A stretch of DNA of 64,000 nucleotides from Chrysomallon squamiferum (Eukaryota; Animalia; Mollusca). The notes under the pieces are model-generated. The model worked only from the letters and a program-made list of their open reading frames with translations. It was not told the origin of the DNA and did not search any database. The stretch spans positions 32,860,001 to 32,924,000 of the forward strand of contig CM022665.1 in NCBI GenBank assembly GCA_012295275.1, in the 5' to 3' direction. The translations under genes were made by a program, and so were the position numbers. Below are positions 1-14,500 of the stretch, one piece after another; position 1 is the first letter of the stretch; each line of letters opens with the position of its first letter.

Positions 1-1091
1 GTATTACAAGTGAGCAAGAATTGGCTCAGTACTTAGATGATCCCGGTAGAGCTAGGGACATACCTCGCAGGGCAGCTTCACTGACTGGCCTGAATCAGGC
101 CGACTCCCTTCTTCCACCCCTCAGTGCACAAGGTACATCTAGTGTGCCTCCTTTAGCTGGGAGAAGAATCACAACTCCAGATAATCATATCAGAATACCA
201 AACAATACCTCCCCTGCTCTGCGTAGTCCCTTGATCACAAGCAGAGCTTCTACTTCATCAAATGATTCATGTTTAAGTAATAAGACTGTAACACCTGTAG
301 AAAATGTATCTAAGGAGGTAAGCTATTTAACTGAAATTCAGTTCAGATAAAAAAAAAAATTCATATCTCTAGATTTTTTTCTATTTCTTTTTAGAAGTTT
401 TAAATTTAAACTTATTTTAAAAAAGAATATTATGAAATTGTATTTTAAAATCAACTAATGAGAGTAAGAAAGAATTTGGATGAAAAAATATAAAAGAGAG
501 ATAGAAAACTAGATATTATTTCATCTTTATGACCATGTCTTTAACATGTACAGAAAATATAATATAATTTTGATATTTAAGTTAAAGTTTGTTGTACATA
601 TAGAATATGAGGAAGATTCACGATCTGGAACAAAGTGTAACAAACTTAAGAAAACTCTTGAGCAGTCGAGAAGCTGAGATCTATCAGCTAACAGATCAGA
701 TTCGTGATCTTCGCGATATCAATCGATCACTGTGTCAGGAACTGGAACATTTCAAGAAACAAATGGGGACAGCGGATAACAGAGAGGTAACTTTCCAATC
801 ATTGGGGTTTCTTGTTACAGAATTTTGTACTGATTAGATTTCTGTGTTTGAATTTGTCACAACATTTTTGGTGGGTTTAATCAGTATAATAATTATAAAA
901 ACATAATTGCTCCATTTTTGTAAATCAAAATGTATTTTATCTTCTCTATTACCTGACTAAACTCAATATTTGTCTATCACTTTAAAAAAATATAATAAAC
1001 AAAAATAAAAATATTGAATTTATCATTTGATGGGTGTCATTTAATATTTTTGGAGGAATCTTGTATTTTTACTTTTTGTAAAAATAATAAA

Positions 1092-1173
<82 letters not shown>

Positions 1174-3369
1174 GGCAAGTAATTCAATTGACAAACTTCA
1201 TTACTGTGTAACATATAAATTAGAAGTTAAAATGTGAATGGTGACATATTACAGATTCAAAAAGAAATGAATCAACTTCGAACAGAGAAGGAAATCCTTG
1301 CAAAAGAAGTAGTCAAATTACAAGACATGTTAAAAACAAGAGGTGTTGAAACAACTGGACTTGACAGTTATAGTCCAAACAACCCTTCTGTGTTGCAGAG
1401 AAAGATAGGTGAGTTTTTATTTTTTTTCTCAGAAATAATACCTCACCTATCCATTTATGTATAATAAAATAACTTTTTATGTTATGTTTTCAGAAAAAGA
1501 CAAATAGGTAAACTTGCTTCAACTTATTGTAAAAAGGTTTTGTTACATAATCAAACAACCAAGGTTAAATGTTGTAGAAATTAATTTGATGAAAGTTATA
1601 AATAAATTTCTACAACAGCATTTAGAAATTAATTTACAAGTTCCATCTAAGTAATTAGACCTAGCACCACACATTTTTAAAGTTAGTGTAAATATACAAT
1701 AGAAATATTTAAATTTATGTTTGTATTTAAAAATCATTTCCCAAATTATTGCAACCATCTTAAAAGATTATTTATGAAAATAAATTTCAGTATCACTATT
1801 AACAGAGTTAAAGTAAATGTCATATTTGTTTAGTTTTTAATGTGAAGGAAATTTAAATTTTCAATCTGATGCACAGTTGACTTAGAGGGACACATCCAAG
1901 ACATGCAAGAAGTTAATGAAACTGCTGTTGCAAAACTGACCAAAGCTGAAAGACAGGTTCATGAGTTGATGGCAGAAAATGAAAAATTAAGAAATTCAAG
2001 ATCTTTAACTCTTCAGGACTTGAAGGATGACAATAGAAGATTGGAAGAGAAGGTATTCAAGTTATCTTTTAACATTATTTTTATAGCAGAAATTATTTTA
2101 ATGGTATGTTTATAAAATAAACCGTGTTAAATAAATGTTGTCTCTATTTTCATCATTTGTGGATTGATTTAAAATAAATATGTATCTACATTCACAGTCA
2201 AACAAAAAAAAAGGTAATTAAAATTTATAAATATATGTGTTACATTCTCAGAAATATTAGAGTTTCAAGATTTAAACATTCTAGGTGGAAAATCTTTTAT
2301 TATTAATATTTATTATGATGATTTTTCATCAGTGAGGATTTTAATTGCTTTACTTTGTTCAGATTCGAGAACTGAGAGCAGGTCAATCTGAATTCAGATG
2401 CCAGTCTGAGCTGCAGCAGTTTAAAGAAGAATTATGTTTGCCTCAAGATCACTTGAACTATGGCATGAGAGAGCAAACTGTTCACTGGAAACATGAACCT
2501 ATTGATACCAGACAAATGTCACAGTCACACACAACTGACAGACAGTTGCTGGACATACAGACTAACACCCTGACTCATTCCAGGACTGAAAAAGACAGTC
2601 TGGTTTCTCATTCTGACATTAGGCAGAATTCAGAGAGAGAACAGAGGTATTCTTCAGATTACAGAAGCAGTGTGGTTAGAGACAGACAAGTGCCACATGA
2701 CACTGGAATTGGTTATGGAAGAGGTATAAATGTGGATTCTCTGCATAAATAATGTTTGAATGAGATAATGTCATAAATATTCTGTGTGATATTTTAGAAG
2801 TAAATAATAATAAATCCATTTGCAAGATGTTCAAATTAGATTCTCCATTTTGTTTTAGTTTTTTATCTTGGTTTATATTCAGATATCAAATTGATATTAA
2901 TAAAATAGCTAGTATTCTGCTATTATATTTTAGGAGTATAAAACACTATATAACATGAAAAAGGTACAAATTAAAATAATACATAATAAATATTGTGTTG
3001 TCATGTTTTGGGGTAAATAAATCTAAGGCTTATCAATGAATATACAAGAAATGTTTAGATGTGGACTGATAAATTAACTTTGAACTTTATTTTAATAATA
3101 TACACATTCATTCTCAAAATTTAAATTATATAGTGAAGAAAGTTTTATTATCTAAACATACTTCTGTCCTGGTTTTATAATTACCTTTGTTTCATTTGTT
3201 GAAAAAATCTAGTTAATTTATGTTTATATAAAGAATGCCAGAAAATCTTCTGTATAATTATAATAATAATAATAATATATATATATATGTTTTCAAACCT
3301 TTAATTTTCCTTCTAGGATTATTCCATTAAGTTAGTTACTAACCATGTATTTTTTTTATCCACATCAGA

Positions 3370-3415
<46 letters not shown>

Positions 3416-6400
3416 TTTGCATAATAAAAATGTTTTTAAACCTTTAATATATGTACGTATATATATATACATTTTTATTTTTTTTATTTTTAAAGAGGGT
3501 ATGTATCAGAAGACCCCTCAGTTGAAAGATCTACCAGAAAGGTATCCACTTACCAAAGAAAACATTTCCTCTTTGGAAAGGAGTTATGGTTCAGACAGAG
3601 GACAGGAAGACAAATTAAGATCTGAAGGTTCCTACTTGGACAAATACAGGATCCTTACCTCAGCCCATGAAAAGCCAAGGTCAGAAAAGACTGGATTCTT
3701 ACATTCAAATCGTCCATTGCCAGATGGTGAAGTGTCTGAGATAATAGTACAGGATGGACTGAAACCAAGCCGAAGACATTATGAAAGAAATGTTGATGAT
3801 ATTTCTATACAACAGAAAGATGATTTTTCAATGGAAAGATTTGATAGAAGAGATCATCTAGGGAAGACAGCTTTAAAAACTGCACCTCTGAATTCTAGAG
3901 GTAATATTTTAGAATAGGCAATTAAAAATGTAGCTGAAAAAACAAATTTTAATGTTTGAAACTTAAAATGATTAAATTATAATAATAAATTATTGTGTAT
4001 AAAAATTCCAAATATCTAAGGTTTATACTGAGAATATTATAGCAATTTATACATATTATTTTTTTATTAAATGGAAACTTATTTTTTTATTTGTTTAAAT
4101 TACAGAAATCTACTATTCTCTGCGAGAAAAAAATCAGAGTCATAGTGAAACACCATATAGCCTTTGGGATTGTGATGTGAAAAAACTACAAAACACTCCA
4201 CACTATGGTGATACCACATCTCCAGTAATCGGTAATGAAACGTATCCATCTTCATACAACTACTGCTCAAAATATGATGGTATGTCTACCTGTTATAAAG
4301 TGTAGTATAATATACATGATGTCTGGTACTCTAGGAATCTTGGATCACTTATTATGCCTCATGTACACAAACATATTTTTGTAATATGATAGAGAATAAT
4401 TTTCATTGGTTTTAATTGTTGTATTTATTTATTTTTTTTTTTTTTTTCAACTGAATGCACAATCCTTTGATATAAAAAATAAAAATCAGAATAGAAAACA
4501 AATATTTTAAGATATGCATTCTAATGTTGAATATTAATGCATAACTGAAAGGTTTGTTTATAATGATCAGCTTAAAACAACTACTAAATATATAACATAA
4601 AACTTTAAATAATTAGTAATTAACCACATGCTCTGTTACAATTTAACCAAATAAAAAGTCTGAGATAAAATTATTTTTGCATGAGTTGTTTTTTTATTTA
4701 TTTTTGATGTATCATTAAATTACTGTGATAAAAACAATGTTTGTGTGTGTGTGTGTGTTTGTGTATGTATGTATGTATCTATCTATGTATGTATGTATGT
4801 ATATGTTTTTAATTATTATATTGTTCATAAATATATAAATAAATAAATTAAAACAATACAATATTTAAACAGTTACAATAATTTGTATTTCAGCAGCAGA
4901 AAACCAAAGACATTTTCCAGGAACTGGTGATGTACCTGGATATTTGATATCAGGATTTTCAAGGAAACATACAGATGTTGGAATCCCAAAAAGAAATCTT
5001 TCAGATATTGATATTGAATTTAATCAAGGTTAGTTGTTAGATATATATTAAAAAAAATAATATTATTGCTGTTTTTAAAAATCATTTTATTCTTGAATTT
5101 AAATTATTTTATGATCATATATTTAAAAAAACACAAAAAACAATAACCTGAAGGATTATAAATTCTGCTTTAATTCATATTCTTTTATTGATAAAAACAG
5201 CAAATTTCTTGAATCTACTAACAATTTTTATGATAAAATTACTACTGTAATTTTTAAAAAGATGTGTTTTTTGTCAGATTTTGACTCCCACCATAAGACA
5301 CATCAAGATGATCTTGGAGAAGTCAGTGATACAGCAACTGATCTACTCCTGCGTGGAGAGGTGGTTGGCAAGAAGACTGCACGCTCCAAACGTTGGTGTA
5401 GACGTCGCTCAGTAGATTCTGATTCTTTGTCGTCGTTAAGTGACACTGGGGATGAGATAACATCTCGACAGAGGTCAAAGTCAGTAGATGCAAGAGGTAA
5501 ACAGATAGTTACACTTACTTTGTGCACTAATTCAGTTAATTTACTTTTAAATATTGTTTGTTTATGATTTCTGTTACATTTGTATTTCAAATTCTCAGAA
5601 AAAAAATTCACACATCAAATTTACGTTGACATATAAGTTAAATGTACATAAAAATGCATGAAAATAATATTTCTAGAGTAAAAGTGTTGCACCTTCAGAG
5701 AGTTAAAAGGAGAATTGTTCTGTGATTAAATATAAATAAGAATGTATGAAAACTATTTCTAACATTGTTTTGTGGCAGTTTGGAATGAGTGTTAGCAGTT
5801 AGGATATCTTTATTTCATTACAAACAGCATGAACATATGGCAAATACAGTCATAGCTGAATTTCATTTGCATACTGTACAGCATACATACATAATAAACA
5901 TGTCTATAATACTGCATGTAATAAAATGTATAGTTTACTATTTATTTTTGTTGTCATTTGTTTATACATCTGTACAGTACAGTTTCTCCAGAAATCTGTT
6001 CTTCTGTGGATGAAATCACTTTCAGGTAGCATTAAATACACTGATGGTCATTTTCTGCTCTGATTTGTTTGTAATGCCTGCAATAAGTTTGGAATAAAAA
6101 TAAAAATTATTGTATTAGTTGGCAGTCAATCCAACTTGTTTGTAACTGTATAAAATTCAGTTGTGAGCTGTTTGCACAAATATAAATATAGACACAGTGA
6201 ATGTTTTGTTTTTTCCAGATAGTCTGAAACTCCTTTATATAGATAATTACAATTTTTACTGCATTGCTCATAAGTATCCTATTTTAGTAATCAAAAACTG
6301 ATTATTTGGTCAATTTTAAATTTAGATGTATATGTATGCTTGCATGCATGGATGGATGTATGTGTATATATGCTTGTGTGTTTATGTGTGGAACATAATG

Positions 6401-6566
6401 TATACCCTGCTTTATTAAATATATTTTCAAGATTACAATTTTACCATTATTTGCATCTTCATGACGTAGAAATCCCCTAGTTATTTTTCCTCCATCATAA
6501 CATTTTATTTTATTTATTTATTTTTACTGTTTTTCCTCCTGATTAATGAAACCATTTCAAGAACTT

Positions 6567-6600
<34 letters not shown>

Positions 6601-9039
6601 TTTCATTGTAGTATTACATTGTAATTAAATTATTAAGTATCTGTTAAAAATAACTTTATTGACAAATTACATTGCCTTTCTGTGATAAGTTGTAATCTGG
6701 GAGAATTTGTTAATTATTTATACTAGCATGATAATGTTTTATCTGGTATGATGAAATATTAATTTTTAAGCTTGCAATTTCTTTGAACATCAGATGTAAA
6801 ATAAAAATAATAACAACAATAATAATGATACATTTTATAAATAATACAAACAGTAGTAAAATAAATAATTTTTTTATTTAATTTTTATTATTAAACAAAT
6901 ATTTAAATGCTTGGATGGGGGTAATTTTTTTTTTATGTTAGGTAGAGTTGTTTCTGATATGATATACTGCATACTTTAACTGAATATTTTTGGTTAAAAA
7001 AAAATGTAAAAGCATTGTCATCTTGAGAAATATTTTTTATTTCAGAAATTATATAAACCTGTATATGTATCTTAACAACACTTTTATTGTAATAGAAAAC
7101 TGGAGAAACAGCAGAATGCCAACAGCAGCTTCAAACAGGACATTGCCACCAACTCAATATCGGCTTTCCACAAGCACTGAGAGACTGGCTTCAGGAAGTG
7201 GATCACAAGGAAGTGGATCTCATGGAAATATTGGGTTACGTTCTGTGACCTGTAGCCAGCTGGTGACTCAGCATAATAAACACTCAATCAGCAACCCATC
7301 TCTCAACAGGTAATTAACACTTAATCCTTGATTACTTTTTTTTTGTCTGTAACTTTGCCATTTACCTAATCTTTATAAACAAACAGTAATAATAAATATA
7401 AGGAGGAACAACACTAAATGCATTAATAAAAAGTCAATACATATTTTCTTAGTATGTAATTAAATTTTTAGATGTGCAGTTAAAGTCAAGGGACTGTTTG
7501 AAAGTGAAAGAAGCTACATATATATTATACTGGCAGTTGCAAGAAAATCTAATATGGATATACTGCCATTTATTCACTAATATTTTTTACTTTATAATGA
7601 ATAATTTACTTAAGAAATTTATATGCACAACAGAAAGTTGCAGCAACCCCTTTTTCTGAAATACTTCATCTGCCTGTCATGCATATGAATAATACAGGTG
7701 TGTTTGATGTTCTTCAGAATACACATGCTTATTAATATTTGTGTACTGCATCTATGTTGAAGTGAGCAATACTAGATTTATAAATTCCTTTATAGAAAAC
7801 AGAAGTGATAATGTACTTTTGTAAAGTACTATATATGTATTCATTTCTGTGAAAAACAAAAATGATCATTGAATTTTCAGTTCTCTGACTTACGGTTTGA
7901 AACCATTTGCTCCACGCACACCTGGAGATGTAACTATTGGTGATGTTGTCAAGTTTTCTCGACAAGGTGGCAAACTCAGTCAGGGAACAGTGAAATATGT
8001 GGGACATTTACCAGGAAGAAGTGATGCTTATCTAGGTGTAGAGCTTCATAAAGAAGGTAAGTAAGAAAGAAACTGAAAGTCATTCAGAAATTGTTTTTGT
8101 TTATTTGTAAATGAAAAATAAATAGAATATTAGACCAGTTATTTACAAATTATTTTTTCATTGATTTGTTAATCTTGGATCAATTTTGTTGCTTTTAATA
8201 ATTTTAAGAATCCATTTGCTGCTACTTATTAAGGGTATTCTTAAAAATTTGCTGTTGAACATCAAGAAGAAAATCATGTTAATATAATAATAATAATTAT
8301 AATTTTTTAGTTCTGTCCATTCATGGTTTTTGTTTAAAGTGACAAAAAAATATATAAACAAATGCAGATATGTAGTACATTGTTTAGACTTTATACATAT
8401 TTTATTTAGGGATATTTATGAAAGGCAAACAATGGATCTTGCATTTTATTTCATTTATATGTTTCCATATTTTTTTATTTTAATCTTTTGTTTTTTGGTT
8501 TTTTACTTAACAATATCACCATATTAAAGTAATTACATTTTATTTTTCAGAAGGAAAGCATGACGGAATGTTTGATGGAATACGCTACTTTAAATGGTAA
8601 GATAAAAATTATTTGCATTAATATTCTTATATCTAACTCAGTCTGCCAGATGATTGATTTGTAATAGACCGACAGAGGAGATTTATCAAGTATTTTTTCT
8701 TATAACTTTTTATATTATTATCTGAACAAATGATATTAATTTTAAATAATGATCATAACAGTTGAACAGAAAGAATTCAGTTTTAATGTATAAAATAATA
8801 GTGTTAGAACCAAATTGTCTAATTTATTTAATTTTGTTTGTCACATCTTTCTGTCTGTGTCTTCTGTAACTATTACCTTTTTAAAATCTGTTCAATATAT
8901 CACATTTTGAATATGAAATAAATCACACTACTTAATGTTAAAAATTTTAAGTCTAAAAATTCAAAAATTTGTTTCCAGCAAAGCAAATAAAGGAGTGTTT
9001 GTAGCCTTCAACAAGGTGGTCATGGCCTGGGGCCTTTGA
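1..9039 (+). CDS. Multi-exon gene (5' partial): coiled-coil N-terminal region, long disordered Ser/Arg/Asp-rich linker and a C-terminal CAP-Gly domain
   Basis: Phase-consistent GT-AG exons: <1-317, 604-786, 1255-1408, 1877-2052, 2363-2723, 3496-3900, 4106-4279, 4894-5028, 5278-5496, 7096-7309, 7881-8056, 8551-8596, 8979-9039 (TGA). The last three exons give IGDVVKFSRQGGKLSQGTVKYVGHLPGRSDAYLGVELHKEEGKHDGMFDGIRYFKCKANKGVFVAFNKVVMAWGL*, a CAP-Gly signature (GKHDG variant of GKNDG). Exons 2-4 are heptad-rich. Confidence 0.88.
1099..1165. repeat. (CA)n microsatellite in intron
   Basis: Perfect dinucleotide run. Confidence 0.95.
5978..6025 (+). other. Candidate 48-nt alternative cassette exon in the CAP-Gly gene
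   Basis: ctgtacag|TACAG...CTTTCAG|gtagca; phase 1-1, frame-preserving, no stop (VQFLQKSVLLWMKSLS); TGCATG motifs at 5655, 5913, 6341 and 6345. Confidence 0.35.
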
Positions 9040-11496
9040 TAAATTACAAGATGCAGCAGTTCTTTTCAGAAAAGCAACTTTCAACAGCATTGTTATTGAT
9101 CATCTGTTCATGTAACTACCTATTTTCTTAGAAAATTTAGCTTGAAATGTTTCTTAGAATAGTTTGTAACTAGTGAGTTCTTTTCATAAAAGTAACATTT
9201 ATGATTGTAAATTTTACAAGTCAGATTTTTGTTAGTTTTTACTGTCTAGTTAAAATAAAAATAGTTTTTCTTAATGATAACATTTTAAAATGTTTATATT
9301 GAATCCAGTATTTTGAAGGTTTGATAACAATGTTATATTAATATTTAATTATATCATTTTATTATATATTTTTTATCACATATCATTTATTTAAGTTGTT
9401 ACTTATATTTGTGACCAAAAAATTATATTTGGTTGTGATCAATTCCTATAAAATTAGAAATGAGTTATTTAATATTTTACATTTGTTTTGTGACATCTGT
9501 TTTACATATTTTTAATGTGTTAGTGTACACAGTTTTTGTTACAAGCTTTTTCTTTTTTAATCTTGCTTTACAATATATAATATTTAGCATACCATGATTT
9601 CTTTTTATATTGTCTATGTTTTTAGTATCTGTCAGTTTTCATTTAGTTTCTATAAACTATGGTTAATATTTGAAATGTGCATTATACAATAATAATGTGT
9701 GATTACTACTATTTCTTTTTTGTTTTTGCTTATTATTATGGAGGAATATTTAAAACAGTTGTTATATGACTTAAAAACATGCATTCATTTTGTTTCTCAT
9801 TAATAACATATTTCAAATACATGTATATTAAAAATAGTTAACTTGAAATCCATCTGTCTTGGAAAGTTTTACATTCCCATAATGAAATCTGTGTTTTCTG
9901 TTTCATCTTCCTGTGCCTTCTCTTATTATTATGTTAAAAATATATTTATTGCTTTGTTTAACACTGTGGTTAATGAGCAAACATTAATTGATGTTGTTTT
10001 CTCATATTTAAATTAACTTGCATTTGAGAAATATTTATTGTTAAACTTTTATGAAGTGAAATATCAGTATTAGCATCTTGGATGTAGATTAAAAACATTA
10101 AATCTTACATTTAATTAATCTATATTAATCAAGGGAAGCAGCTGTAATCCAGTATACTTTGATACAGCAAGATGTGTAAATAAATAATAAATGTTTGTTG
10201 TTAAGAAAATGTTGTGCACTGATAATACAAATGAAATAATAAAATATAGATATAATTTGTAGATGTACAGTAGCTGTCTATTGAAGTTGAAAATATATTA
10301 TATTTGGAAATAATATTAAATGCTTCAGAAGGCATACAAGAGGTCTTTATTTTCTAAAAATGTTCAAATGAAGATGATTTAACCTTTGCAAACTCTACTC
10401 TACATTCCTTCATATCAAATTATTTCCTTCTTTTATCCCTAACACTTTTTCTCTGCAAACAATATCCAGACTCAGCATTACATTGATATATAATTATATG
10501 AAACTAGTGAAAACTTACTTCATTTACTTTGTTGGTTACTTTTGTTTTCAAAATGTGTATTTTCAATACAGATTACCTAAATACAGTTATCTTTCCAGTT
10601 ATTATATCTGCGTTAGAAATAATCTTTACTACTAATAAAGTATATCAGTAAAAATGTATAAATTCATGAGGAAACAGAAAGTCTGATATTTTCTCCTTTT
10701 CTGTTATGCTCTTTATTTATTTATTTTATTACAGAAATTAATAAATAATAAAATAACAACAGCAACAGTAATGTTAATAATATATCTAAAGTTAAAATTA
10801 TCTGCCAGGAATAAATAAAATAAACATTTGGTAATCTAGGAAATAAATTCAAAATATTTGTTCCAGTGATCACAGTCAAGTAAAATGTTATCGCAATCAC
10901 ATGAATATGCCTTTTTACTGCTGTTTGTATATCTATTCTGTTTGGTACAACAGTTGGCATGTTTTCTGTGATAAATGTATTATTATGTGAGTAGTCTGTG
11001 ATATTACCATTTTTTCAATTATTTACAAACCTTTTTTGTTTGTATTTGTAGAATTTATAGCTAATAAGTATAAGCATCTTCAATGTTTATCTTGGCTCAC
11101 TTAATCTATATTTAAGATTATGCTATAATAAATTTATTTATTATTTGTTTTGTAAAGTTAATTATTTGAATTCTGTTTTTAGTTTATCAAAGCATTTTTC
11201 TAAATTGTTTGTATCAAACTAAAATAAATAAATATTGGTGAAAAATTTAAATACTTGTTGTTTCCTTTTTATTTTTTATTATTATTATTTCAGTCAGATA
11301 TTTTAAATAACAATGTTTCTGTGAAAACTATGCATCTTTTTTTTAACTGTTAATCAAATTATTGTGAATGTTACTATTGGTTCTGCTTTTATTTATTTAT
11401 TTATTTATTTATTAAAAATATTTGATTTTTTTTTTTTTTTTAATAATTATATTTTTGTATTATTGTTTTTGTTTTGATTGATTTGTTTATTTATTG

Positions 11497-11540
<44 letters not shown>

Positions 11541-13191
11541 GCTGTTATTGGTTTAAAAGTAAAATATTACTATTTAAATACTGTGTAAAAATAAATTTTT
11601 AATTTATTTTATCGTTTACAATTTTATTAATTTAATTTAATTTAATTATTATTCTTATTCTTATTAATATTATTATTATTATTATTATTATTTTTTTTTT
11701 AATTATTATTATTATTTTTTTAATATATATACATATTTAAGAAAGCGCCAGAATTTTAATTTTTATTCTTATACTTATTTTTGTGGCAAGTTATATATGC
11801 GTACTTGAGTCCTTCCCGGCTTATAAAAACAAACGACGTCGGCTGTATTAAATTAATACTAATACTGCTACGCTTGGCTAACTTCTTTATCTGCCTGTTT
11901 GAACAAACGTACTGGGGATTTAATATTAATAAGATAAAAACGTGATGGGATTTAACCACAATGTATTTGATTTAAACGAATTAAGAACAGTGCGGAATTA
12001 TTTCTGTTAAGATAACAATAATTCATTTTTGATGATCATTTGAGCATGAAATGTTTAAATGTTTGCCAAATAATTATGTTTTTCTTTTCTTTATTTTTAT
12101 CCTTTCTTTCTTTCTAAGGATAAATGATTGGCCGCAGCCTGATTAAATGTGGAACTGGCAGTATATTTCAATTTTTGTACGAAGTAATATCACGTGTTAC
12201 AGCCTAGAACATAAACATCTTAGGACAGAATCGGCGAGTTAACGGTATGCTAGACCAAGGTGAAATTCAAATTACTATTTTTAAAGCCTATTCATAATTA
12301 ATAAATAAATAAATAAATACAAAGTTATCTTTTTTTAATTAATATATATTTTTTTATATTATTATTATTATATCAAATTTACAAACCGACTAATAATGTT
12401 AATATTATTTACTATCATGGAAAATTAGACTTATCTTTAAGAATAAATTATGTTTTAAGGACGTTTATCTCTTTTATATATATATATATATACAAGTTTA
12501 AAAAGCGTCGATTCCATTGATGTCTGCATGAAAGAATGCGCTGTAAAATATTTTGCTGAATATAGGTGTATTTTTGAACGAAAACTGAAATCGTGTCTTG
12601 CATACACAGATAGCTCATTAAACTTAGTAACACTATTCAGGCTTCCCGGCTGTCTCTAAATATACAGCTGGAAAAATGAACACTATTTTGACCAATATTT
12701 GCTATGATAATTGTCATTAAAAATTAACCTTTGATGCTAGTATCAAGAGTCCTTACCAATCTTTAAACGTACAGTTTCCTGCCTAATTCACGGAACAAAG
12801 CAATGCCAGAAATCGTTCTCGTTAACTCCAGTTTTTTTAAACACCTTGCATTTATTCTGAGTTCCTTATTTGCAGTTAGACCAATACTCACCACCTGGTT
12901 AGCTAGATCGCAGTAGGCGCGATAAATCTCATCGAAATCTCTTTAATGTGCCCTCTGGACAATTTTTTGTTCCATCCAATAGCCAGTATTAAATTTATCA
13001 AATGCCCAAGTATTTAACTTTGTTTTAACTTTGGAAAGATCAATTAGTAGCAAAGGAGGTTTTCTTTGAAGTCATCATTAAATGAAAAAAAAAAAAAAAA
13101 AAAAGAATAATAATAATAATAATAAATAAATTAATAAATAATTAAAATAATTAAAGAATCACAGTTCAGTAACAAATAAAGTTAAGGTAAA

Positions 13192-13228
<37 letters not shown>

Positions 13229-14500
13229 CATTATATTTGATACCTATTAATTCTTCATAACTGAATACGCACAAATGTTGTTAAACAAGTACTCCTTCAT
13301 TCATTCCAAAAATGTCATGACAAATTACTTAAAGATAGTTGTTTATTGGGGTTTTTTTTTAATAACACTCAGATATGATTATCTCTCATTATACTTATAA
13401 TATATAAGGAACAATATTAAACAAAACATTATGTATATGTAATATTAAATCAGTCTACATAATAACATTTTATATCTGAAGGTTTATACTCTGTGGGTGT
13501 CTTGCATGAACGAGTCTGTTTTGTTTTCGTCAGAGGCCATGTTCAGACAAGCACAGTCAGTAGATCGAAATCAAAAAAAAAAAAAAAAAAAACATGAGAG
13601 AACTCATACAGCGCCTCTATACATACATATTTGTATACCTGGCGACGTATTACAATCACATTGATCATTTATTTACGAAGCTGAACAAGAAAAGAGGTCA
13701 GTGGTATAATTCCAACTCTTTGACAAGCATAGTTATTTTACCAACACGACTAAAACGCTATCTAGAAGGCAAACTATATAAAACACAAGAAAGGTGATAT
13801 TTACGTGTTTTTGTGATAAGCTCATTACTGCCAGAAAGTGATTTGTCTACACAATGAACAGCTTTATGTACGGCCCAACAAGGGTACTTATTAATGAATA
13901 AGCTTAGCCAAATTTGATATGCAGTCCTAAGTTCGTGCCATGGCTGTGTGCCTGTTATTGGATCGATGAGAAAAGGAAATGCCTTGCTATTGCCAACTGC
14001 CTGGACGTGTATGGGTTTTCTCGAAAAAGAAACAGTTTAATATTTGATTATGTTGATTGTGTTGGTACACTAATATTACTGTTGAGCTTTCGCTTAGCCT
14101 GGAGCAATTTCACATTAAACTGGAATATATTAGTGTGGAAATACAGCTTCTGAAGAAAAAACAAAACAAAACAAAAAAACATTATTTTCATTTTTTTATT
14201 TAACTGTAGTTGACTGAAAACTTTTATTTTATTATTATTATTATTATTATTATCTTTCTTATACACTATATACATGAAGGTAAATGTTATTGCGTTTGGA
14301 TTCGTTGTAAGGTTATAGTGCTATTTTGGATCTTTCATTAAAAAATGCAGTAGAAGATACATAATGTGTTCTGATGATAAATCCAGGAAAGTTTCTAAAG
14401 TTCTGAAGACTGGTGTAATTAATTCAACATTTTGATGATGTGTAATAATTTAATTAACGAAAGTAATTGATATATTAACGCAAAGCATGTTTCATGATGG

